64,000 bases of DNA from contig CBDCCS010000018.1 of assembly GCA_965214935.1 (NCBI GenBank), forward strand, positions 352,001-416,000, in the 5' to 3' direction. Source of the stretch: Candidatus Velthaea sp. Its GTDB lineage: Bacteria > Vulcanimicrobiota > Vulcanimicrobiia > Vulcanimicrobiales > Vulcanimicrobiaceae. Shown here in pieces: positions 20,529-28,756 of the stretch. Under the pieces are notes generated by a model. The model searched no databases and was not told the origin of the DNA. It saw nothing but the letters and a program-made list of their open reading frames with translations. How positions within the stretch are numbered: position 1 is the stretch's first letter; each line of letters opens with the position of its first letter. Position numbers and translations under genes: made by a program.

Positions 20529-21125
20529 GTGACGGACGTGGATGGTATTCAGATGTGCGCGATCGCGATGACCGACGCGCAAACGCGGCTCGAACGCGCA
20601 ACGACCCAACTCGCGAACGCCGAGACCGACGGCTTCGGGCGTCACCTGGAGCGAGCCGGAATTGCGGCAACACGGCCGTCGCTGCGGCCGACCGGCGAGC
20701 CGCTCGACCTTGCGCTGAGCGGTCCCGGTGCGCTGCATGTTGCGCCGCGTAACGGATCGCGGGTCGATCTGCAGCGCAGCGTCGCGCTAACCGACGCAAC
20801 GTTTCATCGCGATGCAGCCGGCTACTTCGTCGATGCGCACGGCCGAGTATTACTTGGTTCCGACGGCGCTTTGCGCGCTCCGGCCGGCGCCCAATTTCGA
20901 CCGGACGGTACGGTCGTTGCCGACGGCAGCACCGTCGGCCGCATTCCGCTTGCGAGCGGAGCTGAATTACATAGCGGCTTCCGCGTCGCCTCGAACGTGA
21001 ACGCGATCGGCGAGATGATCGAAATTTTGGACGCTCAACGTTCGTTCGAGACCGCGCAGAAAACGTTATCGGCCGTCGATGCGGCGCGCCAAAAAGCAAC
21101 TACCGATGTGGGGCACATTCAGTGA
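20529..21125 (+). CDS. flgF: FlgF-like rod protein
   Basis: LANAETDGF, TGEPLDLALSG, SNVNAIGEM..ILDAQRSFE. Confidence 0.75.
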   Translation: MTDVDGIQMCAIAMTDAQTRLERATTQLANAETDGFGRHLERAGIAATRPSLRPTGEPLDLALSGPGALHVAPRNGSRVDLQRSVALTDATFHRDAAGYFVDAHGRVLLGSDGALRAPAGAQFRPDGTVVADGSTVGRIPLASGAELHSGFRVASNVNAIGEMIEILDAQRSFETAQKTLSAVDAARQKATTDVGHIQ

Positions 21126-21850
21126 ATAAGGCGATGTATGCGGCGGCATCGGGGATGGCGCTCGAACAAGCGAAGCTCGATTTGATCGCGGGAAATCTCG
21201 CGAATGCCGATGCGGTCGGCTTCAAGGGCTCGACAATGGATTTCGCCGAGCTGACCGACGGCGGCCAGACCGTCGGCGCGACGGCGCGCGGCTCGCATAT
21301 CGTATTCGCGCAAGGCAAGCTGATGAAGAGCGGCGGCGCCTTTGATATCGCAATTGACGGCGAAGGCTTTTTCGCCGTGCGCGCGCGTAACGGCCTCACC
21401 GCGTTTACGCGGGACGGCCGCTTCAGCCGCGCAACGGACGGGACGCTGCGTACCGCCGACGGCAATGCGTTACCCGGTGTAAAGCTGGCGCCGGATGCGG
21501 CGAACGTGACCGTCGATAAGAGCGGTGCGGTCTTCGCCGACATAAAAGCCGGTACGCACGTGCAAGTCGGAAAGATTGCGCTCGCCGTTTTCGCCGCTCC
21601 GCAAGCTTTGCGTTCGATCGGTGGAACGACATTCGAGCCGACTCGCGCATCGGGTTCGCCGCAATTCGTCGTGCCGGGCTCGCGCGGTTCGGGTGCGATC
21701 GCATTCGGCATGCTCGAAAAATCGAACGTCTCGATCATGGAAGAGATGATGGAAATCTTGAGCGCGCAACGTGCGTTCGAGGCGAATGCGAAAGGCGTGC
21801 AAGCGGCTGATGAAGTCCAGCGTATTGCCAACAACATCAGCCGTAGTTAG
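21122..21850 (+). CDS. flgG: FlgG distal rod protein
   Basis: AASGM..NLANA..GFK, DIAIDGEGFF, TRDGRF, LEKSNV..EEM...QRAFE.N. Confidence 0.9.
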   Translation: MNKAMYAAASGMALEQAKLDLIAGNLANADAVGFKGSTMDFAELTDGGQTVGATARGSHIVFAQGKLMKSGGAFDIAIDGEGFFAVRARNGLTAFTRDGRFSRATDGTLRTADGNALPGVKLAPDAANVTVDKSGAVFADIKAGTHVQVGKIALAVFAAPQALRSIGGTTFEPTRASGSPQFVVPGSRGSGAIAFGMLEKSNVSIMEEMMEILSAQRAFEANAKGVQAADEVQRIANNISRS

Positions 21851-22025
21851 GTCTGCTCCGCGCGATGCGGACGCGGATACAGCGACGGCAACCGCGGCAT
21901 TCGCGGCGCTGCTCGTTCCGGCGCTGCTCAAACCGGTGCTCGAATCACTCGGCCCGCTCGGCGCAGCGTTTGGCGACGCGGTCGCGCGCGCCGCAATCGG
22001 CAAATCCGAGTCCGCGCACGAATGA
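21810..22025 (+). CDS. Small protein, possibly a FlgJ rod-binding-like remnant
   Basis: AFAALLVPALLK resembles the FlgJ N-domain F..L....LK pattern; follows flgG; start codon uncertain. Confidence 0.3.
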   Translation: MKSSVLPTTSAVVRSAPRDADADTATATAAFAALLVPALLKPVLESLGPLGAAFGDAVARAAIGKSESAHE

Positions 22026-22696
22026 CGCCGGGTAACGAACGCGATGCCGCCGTGCGACGCTTGCTCCCGCTCGTCGGAAGCATCGCTCGCGGTTTGATGC
22101 GCGTCTACCGTTGTGGTGAATATCAGGACGTTTTCCAGGATGGCTGTCTTGGGATGATCCGAGCCGTCGCGGCATACGACCCGCAACGCGGCGTGCCGCT
22201 CGAACCATACGCGCGGCCGATCATCGCCGGTGCAATCTTGAACGGTATTCGTAGTCGCGATCCGTTGTCGGATCACGCGCGTTCGTTGCTGCGAAAGGCC
22301 GAACGCCAACGCGAAGCTGTGGCGGCGCAGAGCGATCCGCAGCCATTGACGATGGAACAAATGTCGACCCGCTTGTCGGGACTCGGCGCCGCCATGCTGA
22401 TGGCGCACCGAGCGAATACGTTCTCGCTCGATAAACCGCTGCCGGCCGGCGAAAGCATTCCCATCGACTGGAGCGACGATCCGGCGCACATCATCGCTGC
22501 ACGCGACGATCGCATGCGTTTGCGGGCCGCGCTGGCAAGTCTGACGGAACGCCAGCGCTCCGTCATTGCAGCGTACTACTTCGCCGGCAAGACCGTGCAA
22601 GTCGTCGGCGACGAACTCAACGTAAGCGTACAGCGGATCTCGCAGTTGCATCATACGGCGCTTAGCAACATGCGTAAGTGCATGGCCGAACAGTGA
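22022..22696 (+). CDS. fliA: Divergent FliA/WhiG (sigma-28 family) sigma factor
   Basis: Region 2 DVFQDGCLGMIRAVAAYDPQRGV...GAIL; region 4 LTERQRSVI..YY...VGDELNVSVQRISQLH. Confidence 0.85.
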   Translation: MTPGNERDAAVRRLLPLVGSIARGLMRVYRCGEYQDVFQDGCLGMIRAVAAYDPQRGVPLEPYARPIIAGAILNGIRSRDPLSDHARSLLRKAERQREAVAAQSDPQPLTMEQMSTRLSGLGAAMLMAHRANTFSLDKPLPAGESIPIDWSDDPAHIIAARDDRMRLRAALASLTERQRSVIAAYYFAGKTVQVVGDELNVSVQRISQLHHTALSNMRKCMAEQ

Positions 22697-22989
22697 AGCG
22701 CGCATTGCCCGCCGGCGCATCGACCGCGAGCGCCGGAGCACGCGGAGTCGAGGCGCAGCGCCCGTCGCTGCTCGACGATGAACGCGCCGCCCGGGTCGTA
22801 CTTCCGGCCGATCATCCGGAATGGCGGCGGGACGCCGTAACGCTGTCGAGCCGCGCACGAGCGTTCCTGGCAAAACTCAAGCCGTATGCGATTCGGGTGT
22901 TGACGTTTTGGGATCACCGCACGACGACCCTCGCACTCGACGAATTGACGCTCGAAATCGATGCCAGCGGGTCATATCGGGCTCATTAG
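22693..22989 (+). CDS. Hypothetical protein translationally coupled to the sigma gene
   Basis: GTG overlaps the sigma stop (GTGA). Confidence 0.4.
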   Translation: MKRALPAGASTASAGARGVEAQRPSLLDDERAARVVLPADHPEWRRDAVTLSSRARAFLAKLKPYAIRVLTFWDHRTTTLALDELTLEIDASGSYRAH

Positions 22990-23080
22990 GATTGTCTTGC
23001 TACTCGCGTTGTGGTAGGGAGTCGGCTATACTTTATGAGTAGTAGTTTTAGAGAATACGCATAGCCGAATACGGAGCCCT

Positions 23081-23761
23081 ATGACACGCGTTCTCGTTGC
23101 CGAGGATGACCAACTCAACCGCGAAGTTGTTCTAGCGTACTTACAGATTGAAGGCTACATAACGGTCGAAGCGCGCGACGGGGTGAGCGCTTTGCGTTCC
23201 GCTCGCTCGGGTGTCGACCTTGCAATCCTCGATCTCGGCTTGCCGGCCATCGACGGGCTCAACGTCATTCGATCGTTGCGCAGCGAGAAGAACAGCGTAC
23301 CGATCATCGTGCTTAGTGCACGTGTCGATGAAGTCGATCGCGTCGTTTCGTTTGAAGCCGGCGCGGATGATTATGTCGCGAAGCCGTTCTTACCGCGTGA
23401 AGTCATGTGCCGCGTCCGGTCTCTACTGCGGCGCGCGGGCCACGCCGAACACGTAACGCCGACCAAGCGCTTCGGTGATTTCGAGATCGACGAGGCGGCG
23501 CGTGAAGTTCGCGTTGCCGGTCAAGTGCTCGAGTTACGGCCGCAAGAATTTGCGTTAGTGTCGACGCTTGCCGCTCATCCGGGCGTTGCAATGTCGCGCC
23601 GAACGCTGATCGACCGCGCGTGGGGTTCCGATTATGTCGGCGATGAGCGCACCGTCGATGGCCACGTTCGGCGTATTCGACAAAAATTCGAGGATCATCC
23701 TCAGAGTAAGCACGTCATAACGACTATTTACGGTTTTGGTTACAAGTTTAGCGCCGTGTAG
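23081..23761 (+). CDS. OmpR-family response regulator
   Basis: AEDD, LDLGLP, GADDYVAKPF, wHTH ERTVDGHV, TIYGFGYK. Confidence 0.95.
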   Translation: MTRVLVAEDDQLNREVVLAYLQIEGYITVEARDGVSALRSARSGVDLAILDLGLPAIDGLNVIRSLRSEKNSVPIIVLSARVDEVDRVVSFEAGADDYVAKPFLPREVMCRVRSLLRRAGHAEHVTPTKRFGDFEIDEAAREVRVAGQVLELRPQEFALVSTLAAHPGVAMSRRTLIDRAWGSDYVGDERTVDGHVRRIRQKFEDHPQSKHVITTIYGFGYKFSAV

Positions 23762-24827
23762 GACGCTGAGCCCGGCTGAACTCTGTGCCTCGCTTGCAGG
23801 CTCCGATCGGCGCGTGCTCGTCCTCACATTGCATAGCGAAGAATTCGCGCGGGTTGCGTGGCGAAGCGGCCGGCGGCGTGCGCTGGCACTCGAGCGCGAA
23901 ACGCTCGCACAACTTTGCCATCTCGAAGGTGAGGTTCTCATCGCGGGGGATGTCATCGTGCATGCGCCGGGCAGCGAATATTTTGCGCTTGCGTTCATTG
24001 AGTCGACGCAAGCGGGAATGGACATCCGTCAGCTCGCGGTGATCGAGCGTCGTGTCACGGCGCGTGTCGACATCGATTGCGTTTTGGGCTGGACGTGGGT
24101 CGATGAATTCGACGACATCAATGCCGCGTTCATCGCCGCCGCCAAGGAAGCGCGGATACGTCAACAGCGTCGCGAATTGGCGACCTTTTTACACGACGTC
24201 GGGACGCCGCTTTCTTCAATTCACTCGTCGCTGACGGCCGTGCTGGAAGGCGTCGTCGATGAGTGCACGGAGCGCCGGTTCTTGCGTGCATCGCGCGACG
24301 AATGTGCGCGGGTCGGACGCTTAGTGCGCGAATTTTTAAGCGTAGAGGCAAGCGAAGTTTCCGTCGCCGACATCGCGGCGGCATTACCGCTGGCGGTCGC
24401 GGCAGTTGAACCGCTAGCGCGCGAGCGCGGTGCCGTCATCGACATGTCGATCGATCGGCGTCCCGCGATCGTTGCGATCGAATTGGATCAAATTGTTACC
24501 GTCTTCGTCGCGCTGATTGAAAATGCGATCAAACATGGACGCAACTGCGGGCGCATCGCGGCATGGCTGCAAGTCGATACGACGTTGTGCACGCTCACCA
24601 TCGACGACAATGGCCCGGGCATCCCGGAAAGCGAATGCGAGCGAGTTTTCAATTATGGAATTCGCGTCAGCGAAACCGCCGGTAGCGGAATCGGTCTTGC
24701 CCGTGCACGACATCTGATCGAAAAGTCGGGCGGCTCACTTAGTGTTACACGCTCGCTGCTAGGCGGAGCATGCTTTGCGCTGACGTTACCCCTTTGGAAC
24801 AACGCAACGCCGCCGGTAACGGTGTAG
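23736..24827 (+). CDS. Soluble sensor histidine kinase (start uncertain)
   Basis: H-box HDVGTPL, ENAIKH, DNGPGI, GSGIGL; no TM segment. Confidence 0.85.
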   Translation: MVTSLAPCRTLSPAELCASLAGSDRRVLVLTLHSEEFARVAWRSGRRRALALERETLAQLCHLEGEVLIAGDVIVHAPGSEYFALAFIESTQAGMDIRQLAVIERRVTARVDIDCVLGWTWVDEFDDINAAFIAAAKEARIRQQRRELATFLHDVGTPLSSIHSSLTAVLEGVVDECTERRFLRASRDECARVGRLVREFLSVEASEVSVADIAAALPLAVAAVEPLARERGAVIDMSIDRRPAIVAIELDQIVTVFVALIENAIKHGRNCGRIAAWLQVDTTLCTLTIDDNGPGIPESECERVFNYGIRVSETAGSGIGLARARHLIEKSGGSLSVTRSLLGGACFALTLPLWNNATPPVTV

Positions 24828-25694
24828 CTACGTATTACGCCGTGCGATTTCCGGCAAGCGCGCGGCGTACCGCGTCATGATGACGTCGCAATCCGACATA
24901 TTGCTTTCGGACAAGACACACGGAAAGCGTCCGACCGGCACGCTGTCGATCGCATAACCGAAATTCGATTTGAACATCGCTCGTGCGCCGGCGACCGCGT
25001 CCGCGCGTTGGTTCGGTTGCGTTGCGAGGTTGCGGAATGTGGCAGCAATCATGGCGACCGCCCGGCCGATCGTATAGCGTTGCTCGTTCGTCGCAAGCTG
25101 ACCGAGCTTTTCTGTTTTCCCGATCGTCAGCGCGCAGGTCGCGCGCATCTGTTCGCGGTCCGACGGCGACGAATGAATACCCGCTCCGACGGAATAAAGA
25201 CTATCGACCCAATACGCGCACGATGAGGTCAAGCTGCGAGCCGGCAGATTTTCAACGCTCATGTCGCGCTCGAAATCCGCTTCGCGCGCATTGAGGAATG
25301 TCTCCATGTCCGGCTGCGACATCTTCGTCGTGCCGGCTTTGGCGAATTTTTGCGCTAGGAGCGCGGCGACGTTCGCCGTTCCGTCCGAGTAGCGGACGAC
25401 CGGTGCGTAGGTGCCGTCGAGCATACCTTGATAAGCCTCGGCTTCAACCTTCTGCTCCGTCCCGTTTAAGCGTTCGAGCATGCGCGCATTTTCGTACGCT
25501 CGGTGCATGCGGGCACCGGCCCACGCAAACGGACTATTATCGTCCATGACTCCGCCGCTCATACCCGAATCCATTCGGCCGTACCCGGTAGGAAAGTAGG
25601 TCGCTTCGGCGGGCGAGTTACCAGTAGGAAGAACGGCTGCTGCCATGAAGGCGCTTACGGCAAAGAACTGTGTGAGTCGGCGTGTCCGGTGCAT
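24828..25694 (-). CDS. Exported helical hypothetical protein
   Basis: Sec-like signal peptide; last gene of the minus-strand substrate operon. Confidence 0.65.
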   Translation of the reverse strand: MHRTRRLTQFFAVSAFMAAAVLPTGNSPAEATYFPTGYGRMDSGMSGGVMDDNSPFAWAGARMHRAYENARMLERLNGTEQKVEAEAYQGMLDGTYAPVVRYSDGTANVAALLAQKFAKAGTTKMSQPDMETFLNAREADFERDMSVENLPARSLTSSCAYWVDSLYSVGAGIHSSPSDREQMRATCALTIGKTEKLGQLATNEQRYTIGRAVAMIAATFRNLATQPNQRADAVAGARAMFKSNFGYAIDSVPVGRFPCVLSESNMSDCDVIMTRYAARLPEIARRNT

Positions 25695-25720
25695 ACGTTC
25701 CTCGGTTTGTAACGAAGCAA

Positions 25721-26026
25721 TCAGCTCGTTGAATTATCGATCAGCTGCATCTGCTTTTGGATGACGTGCTGTTCGGCTCCCTGCGCGGCAATGGTGAATT
25801 CATCGAACATCGAAGATTCACGTACGTGTTCGTCGGCGATTGCAACGATGTTCGTCATCTTCGTCGATTGGTGCGACAGTTGCGAGCGCGTCATCATGGT
25901 CGAGATCGCGTCGCTCTGTTCGGTTGCCGCGAGTTGTGCACTGGCTCCATCGAGCGTGTTGGTACCGTGCGATTTGAAGATCGAGCCGAGGAGCGGCCCG
26001 AGCAAGCCGCCGATGAGAAATGACAT
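25721..26026 (-). CDS. Small putative type III substrate, pilin/needle-like (paralog of 26501-26794)
   Basis: 101 aa, no Cys, Gly-rich N-terminus, helical Gln-rich C-terminus; TEQSDAISTM vs TESNDSISQM. Confidence 0.6.
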   Translation of the reverse strand: MSFLIGGLLGPLLGSIFKSHGTNTLDGASAQLAATEQSDAISTMMTRSQLSHQSTKMTNIVAIADEHVRESSMFDEFTIAAQGAEQHVIQKQMQLIDNSTS

Positions 26027-26055
26027 GAGCGGAGCCTACTTTCGAACGGAGAGAA

Positions 26056-26088
26056 CGAATGCAGCTTGCTTGGAGCAGGCTGCATTCG
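26056..26088 (-). terminator. Intergenic stem-loop (partial terminator or mRNA stabiliser)
   Basis: CGAATGCAGCTTGCT-TGG-AGCAGGCTGCATTCG inverted repeat; weak U tract. Confidence 0.55.
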
Positions 26089-26102
26089 GGTAGGGAAAAC
26101 GG

Positions 26103-26462
26103 CTACTCGGCGCCGGCCGCCGGTTCACTCGTTGCAAGACGCGCGACATCGGGTGGAATACCCGCATCCTCGCCGTACGCCGACATGAGCCCGATGACTC
26201 CCTCAAGCAGTCCGATTGCGTGATCGAAACCGGCACCGTTTGCACCGCTTTGTGCAGTCGGGCCGGAGCCTCCGTCGTTCATCATCGCTTTACCGATTTG
26301 CTCGACGACGCCACCAAAAAACGTGAGCGGTGACGTCGAGATGGCATCGCTCGAGAGGGGGACGGAACCGGCCGCGGCCAGTCCCGTCGTCCCCGTTTCA
26401 TCGGCGGCGCTGAACGACGCGAGATCCGATAACGCGGCCTCGCGAGTACTTGAGATATCCAT
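26103..26462 (-). CDS. Small acidic Gly/Ala/Ser-rich putative type III substrate
   Basis: 119 aa, no Cys, amphipathic helices FFGGVVEQIGKAMM and AIGLLEGVIGLM. Confidence 0.55.
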   Translation of the reverse strand: MDISSTREAALSDLASFSAADETGTTGLAAAGSVPLSSDAISTSPLTFFGGVVEQIGKAMMNDGGSGPTAQSGANGAGFDHAIGLLEGVIGLMSAYGEDAGIPPDVARLATSEPAAGAE

Positions 26463-26500
26463 ACCGGACCTGCGCTTTCTCGCCGGGGCTTAGACGGCGT

Positions 26501-26794
26501 TTAGGATTGAGCCGTCGACTGGGTGTCCGACTTGACGATGCTCTGCTGGGCCTGATCTTTGCTCTGCGAAACCTGCTCCCACGTCGAAGCAATCTGGTTC
26601 GCAGCATCGGCGATTTGCGCTGCTTCTTGATTCTGCGTTTTAAGCTGATCGAGCGACGCCTGCATGTTCATCTGTGAGATTGAATCGTTCGACTCGGTTC
26701 CCATGAGATTCTGTTCCGCGGTCTGAACGGCGCTGCTGCCGCCGGCTCCGCCGCCGCCGATGCCGCCGATGATCCCGCTGATGATGCTTCCCAT
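26501..26794 (-). CDS. Small putative Hrp-pilin/needle-like subunit (97 aa)
   Basis: Strong RBS AAGGAGA; MGSIISGIIGGIGGGG followed by a Gln/Ser-rich helix; no Cys; conserved promoter motif upstream. Confidence 0.65.
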   Translation of the reverse strand: MGSIISGIIGGIGGGGAGGSSAVQTAEQNLMGTESNDSISQMNMQASLDQLKTQNQEAAQIADAANQIASTWEQVSQSKDQAQQSIVKSDTQSTAQS

Positions 26795-26840
26795 CTCATA
26801 TCTCCTTAAGTGTGTTGTGGCTGGGGTGCTTGCGCCATAC

Positions 26841-26870
26841 CTATCACGTGAGATGGTGATTTTTTCTAGG
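26841..26870 (-). promoter_or_regulatory. Conserved promoter-like motif, copy A
   Basis: Minus strand CCTAGAAAAA-atcaccatctca-CGTGATAG. Confidence 0.75.
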
Positions 26871-26892
26871 TGCTGCTCAAAAGTTTTTTTGT

Positions 26893-27264
26893 TCACGCGT
26901 TGCGCGCTAAATCGACGATGAACGCGTTGCCGCCGCCGAGCGCTAAGGTGTCGAGTCGCGCAACGGCGGCGATGAAATCGGGCTGGCGAACGCCTTCGTG
27001 CCAAGTCGCAGCGGACTCCGCCTGCGCTTCGTGTAGCGCGGCGCGGACGGCGTCACGCCAATGTTCCGATGCGCGTCGCTCGCTCAAGACCGCCGACAAG
27101 TCGACGACTCTTGCACCGCGCGCAATCGCCGTTCGGCAATGCTCTGCCAACGAGTCGTTACCGGCTTTGCGCAGCGCCGGCACCAGCAATTCGAATGCAT
27201 TCCGCTGCACCCAGTCGGCAGCATGCCACTGCACGCCGCCGGCGCCGACGATCAGCCAGGCCAT
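26893..27264 (-). CDS. Hypothetical protein, candidate immunity protein
   Basis: 123 aa; start overlaps the 3' end of the upstream toxin-like gene; RBS GGAGA. Confidence 0.55.
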   Translation of the reverse strand: MAWLIVGAGGVQWHAADWVQRNAFELLVPALRKAGNDSLAEHCRTAIARGARVVDLSAVLSERRASEHWRDAVRAALHEAQAESAATWHEGVRQPDFIAAVARLDTLALGGGNAFIVDLARNA

Positions 27265-28313
27265 GCAATCTCCGTCTGACCGTCGACGACGACGACGACG
27301 ATTGGGTGTCGCACATCGGCACTGCAGCGTGCGACGACCGCGACGACCTCTTCGCGATCCGCCGGCGCACACGTTGCGATACTTAGTAAGATACCGGCGC
27401 GCGCACCGAGCGCACGTAGTGCAATCCCGAGCCCGTCAGCCGAACGCGGGACGACTGCATCCCAGAGACGTCCGCGTTCGTCGATGAAATCGTGATCCGG
27501 ATCGAGCGAGCGGGCGAAGGTAACGTTCCAGCGTTCCTCGGCCGCAACCGCCGTCTCCGCTTCAGGCGCAAATCCGCGCCGCGGATCGCAGCCGAGTTGC
27601 CGTAAGCGGCGCCGCTCGCGTTCGCTATACGGTCGTCCGTAGGGATCCCGTTCGGGGACCGGCACGAGCGCCGCCGGACGGTCGTTCGCCGTCGCCCCGG
27701 GCGCCTTGGTCGGCGCGGGTGCTGCGAGTGAACGCAGCGACGGATCATACAGCGGAACGAGCGCACCCGGAGGATTTGCGCCGTTCGCCGCTTGCGGCGC
27801 GGCGCTGACGAGCGCCGTTGCGATTGAACCCGAATCGGAACTCAGAATCGCGCGCACTTGAGCGCTCAGCGCGGTTGCGCCGCCCGTGCCCGCCGTGAGC
27901 ACAGCCGCGCGAATGAGCGCAACGAGGGCCGCCAGCGGCGCCGAGGCACTCAGCTGAACGACGGTCCCGGCAACGGCCGCATTTACCAGTGCGGTGACGC
28001 TTTGCGCAACGACCGGATTCGCGGGCGCGGTTGCGTTCGGCGTCGCGGCGAGGTCGCGCAGGAGATCACTGATGATCGACACGACCTGAGCGGGCGGCAG
28101 CGGCGCCGCTTGCGCTAGCCCCGGCTCCGAACCGAAGGTTACCGCCGCCTGGGCTAAGCTCGTTGCTTCGCCGGCGGCAAATGCGGTACCCAGTGCGATC
28201 GCATCGCGCGATTCGGCGACCGGAACCGGCTCGTTTGCAGGCGCAGCTTCCACGGCTTCGCCGGTTTGCACGATCGCTTGCGCCAGGCTGATGATTTGCG
28301 GCACGTTGATCAA
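27252..28313 (-). CDS. Ala/Pro-rich protein with C-terminal CdiA-CT/PD-(D/E)xK-like nuclease-toxin-like domain
   Basis: C-terminal LGCDPRRGFAPEAETAVAAEERWNVTFARSLDPDHDFIDERGRLWDAV; start (TTG 28313 or GTG 28304) uncertain. Confidence 0.5.
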   Translation of the reverse strand: MINVPQIISLAQAIVQTGEAVEAAPANEPVPVAESRDAIALGTAFAAGEATSLAQAAVTFGSEPGLAQAAPLPPAQVVSIISDLLRDLAATPNATAPANPVVAQSVTALVNAAVAGTVVQLSASAPLAALVALIRAAVLTAGTGGATALSAQVRAILSSDSGSIATALVSAAPQAANGANPPGALVPLYDPSLRSLAAPAPTKAPGATANDRPAALVPVPERDPYGRPYSERERRRLRQLGCDPRRGFAPEAETAVAAEERWNVTFARSLDPDHDFIDERGRLWDAVVPRSADGLGIALRALGARAGILLSIATCAPADREEVVAVVARCSADVRHPIVVVVVDGQTEIAWPG

Positions 28314-28367
28314 CGGCGATGCTTTCGTACGTCGGAGTGCGCATGCGCGATGAATGGACGTAAAGCG

Positions 28368-28394
28368 TATCACGGGTTAGTGCGTGCGTTCTAG
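28368..28394 (-). promoter_or_regulatory. Degenerate copy D of the conserved promoter motif
   Basis: Minus strand CTAGAA-N14-CGTGATA (the other copies have N15 at this position). Confidence 0.5.
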
Positions 28395-28477
28395 TATCAG
28401 CGTAAAAAAAGCGCGTGCACGTGCGGCACATGCGCTGCACACACCGAGCGCATAAAGTTTGCGTAGGCTTTGCAAAT

Positions 28478-28756
28478 ATGGCGGCGTTCGACGAATTGCT
28501 TCGCGAGACGATGATTATCTGCGCGGTGCTCGCGCTGCCGGTACTCCTCAGTGCGACCGTCGTCGGAACGCTTATTGCTATCGTGCAAGCGGCAACGCAA
28601 ATCCAGGAACAGACGCTGACGCTGCTGCCCAAAATCGTTGCCGTCAGCGCCGTCTTGGTCGTATTCGGTCGATTCGGTTTTGGCCTGTGCGCCGGTTTGT
28701 TCAATCACGCGCTTACGAGCGTACCTGATATCGTTCGAGCCGCACCGGGTCCGTGA
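28478..28756 (+). CDS. fliQ: FliQ export gate protein
   Basis: QAATQIQEQTLTLLPKI. Confidence 0.95.
   Translation: MAAFDELLRETMIICAVLALPVLLSATVVGTLIAIVQAATQIQEQTLTLLPKIVAVSAVLVVFGRFGFGLCAGLFNHALTSVPDIVRAAPGP

Noticed and set aside
21470..22873. Long minus-strand ORF (467 aa) and other Arg-rich shadow ORFs
   Set aside because: Antisense to well-supported genes and without recognisable motifs; typical high-GC artefacts.
28314..28373. ORF-track N-terminal extension of the 27252 gene (also those of the 26501, 6898, 11668 and 30394 ORFs)
   Set aside because: The extensions overlap promoter motifs or neighbouring genes; downstream starts with an RBS or stop-start coupling fit better.
28424..28439. 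Sigma-54-like GG-N10-GC element upstream of fliQ
   Set aside because: Lacks the TGGC/TTGC consensus, is not reproduced convincingly at other operons, and is expected by chance in GC-rich DNA.
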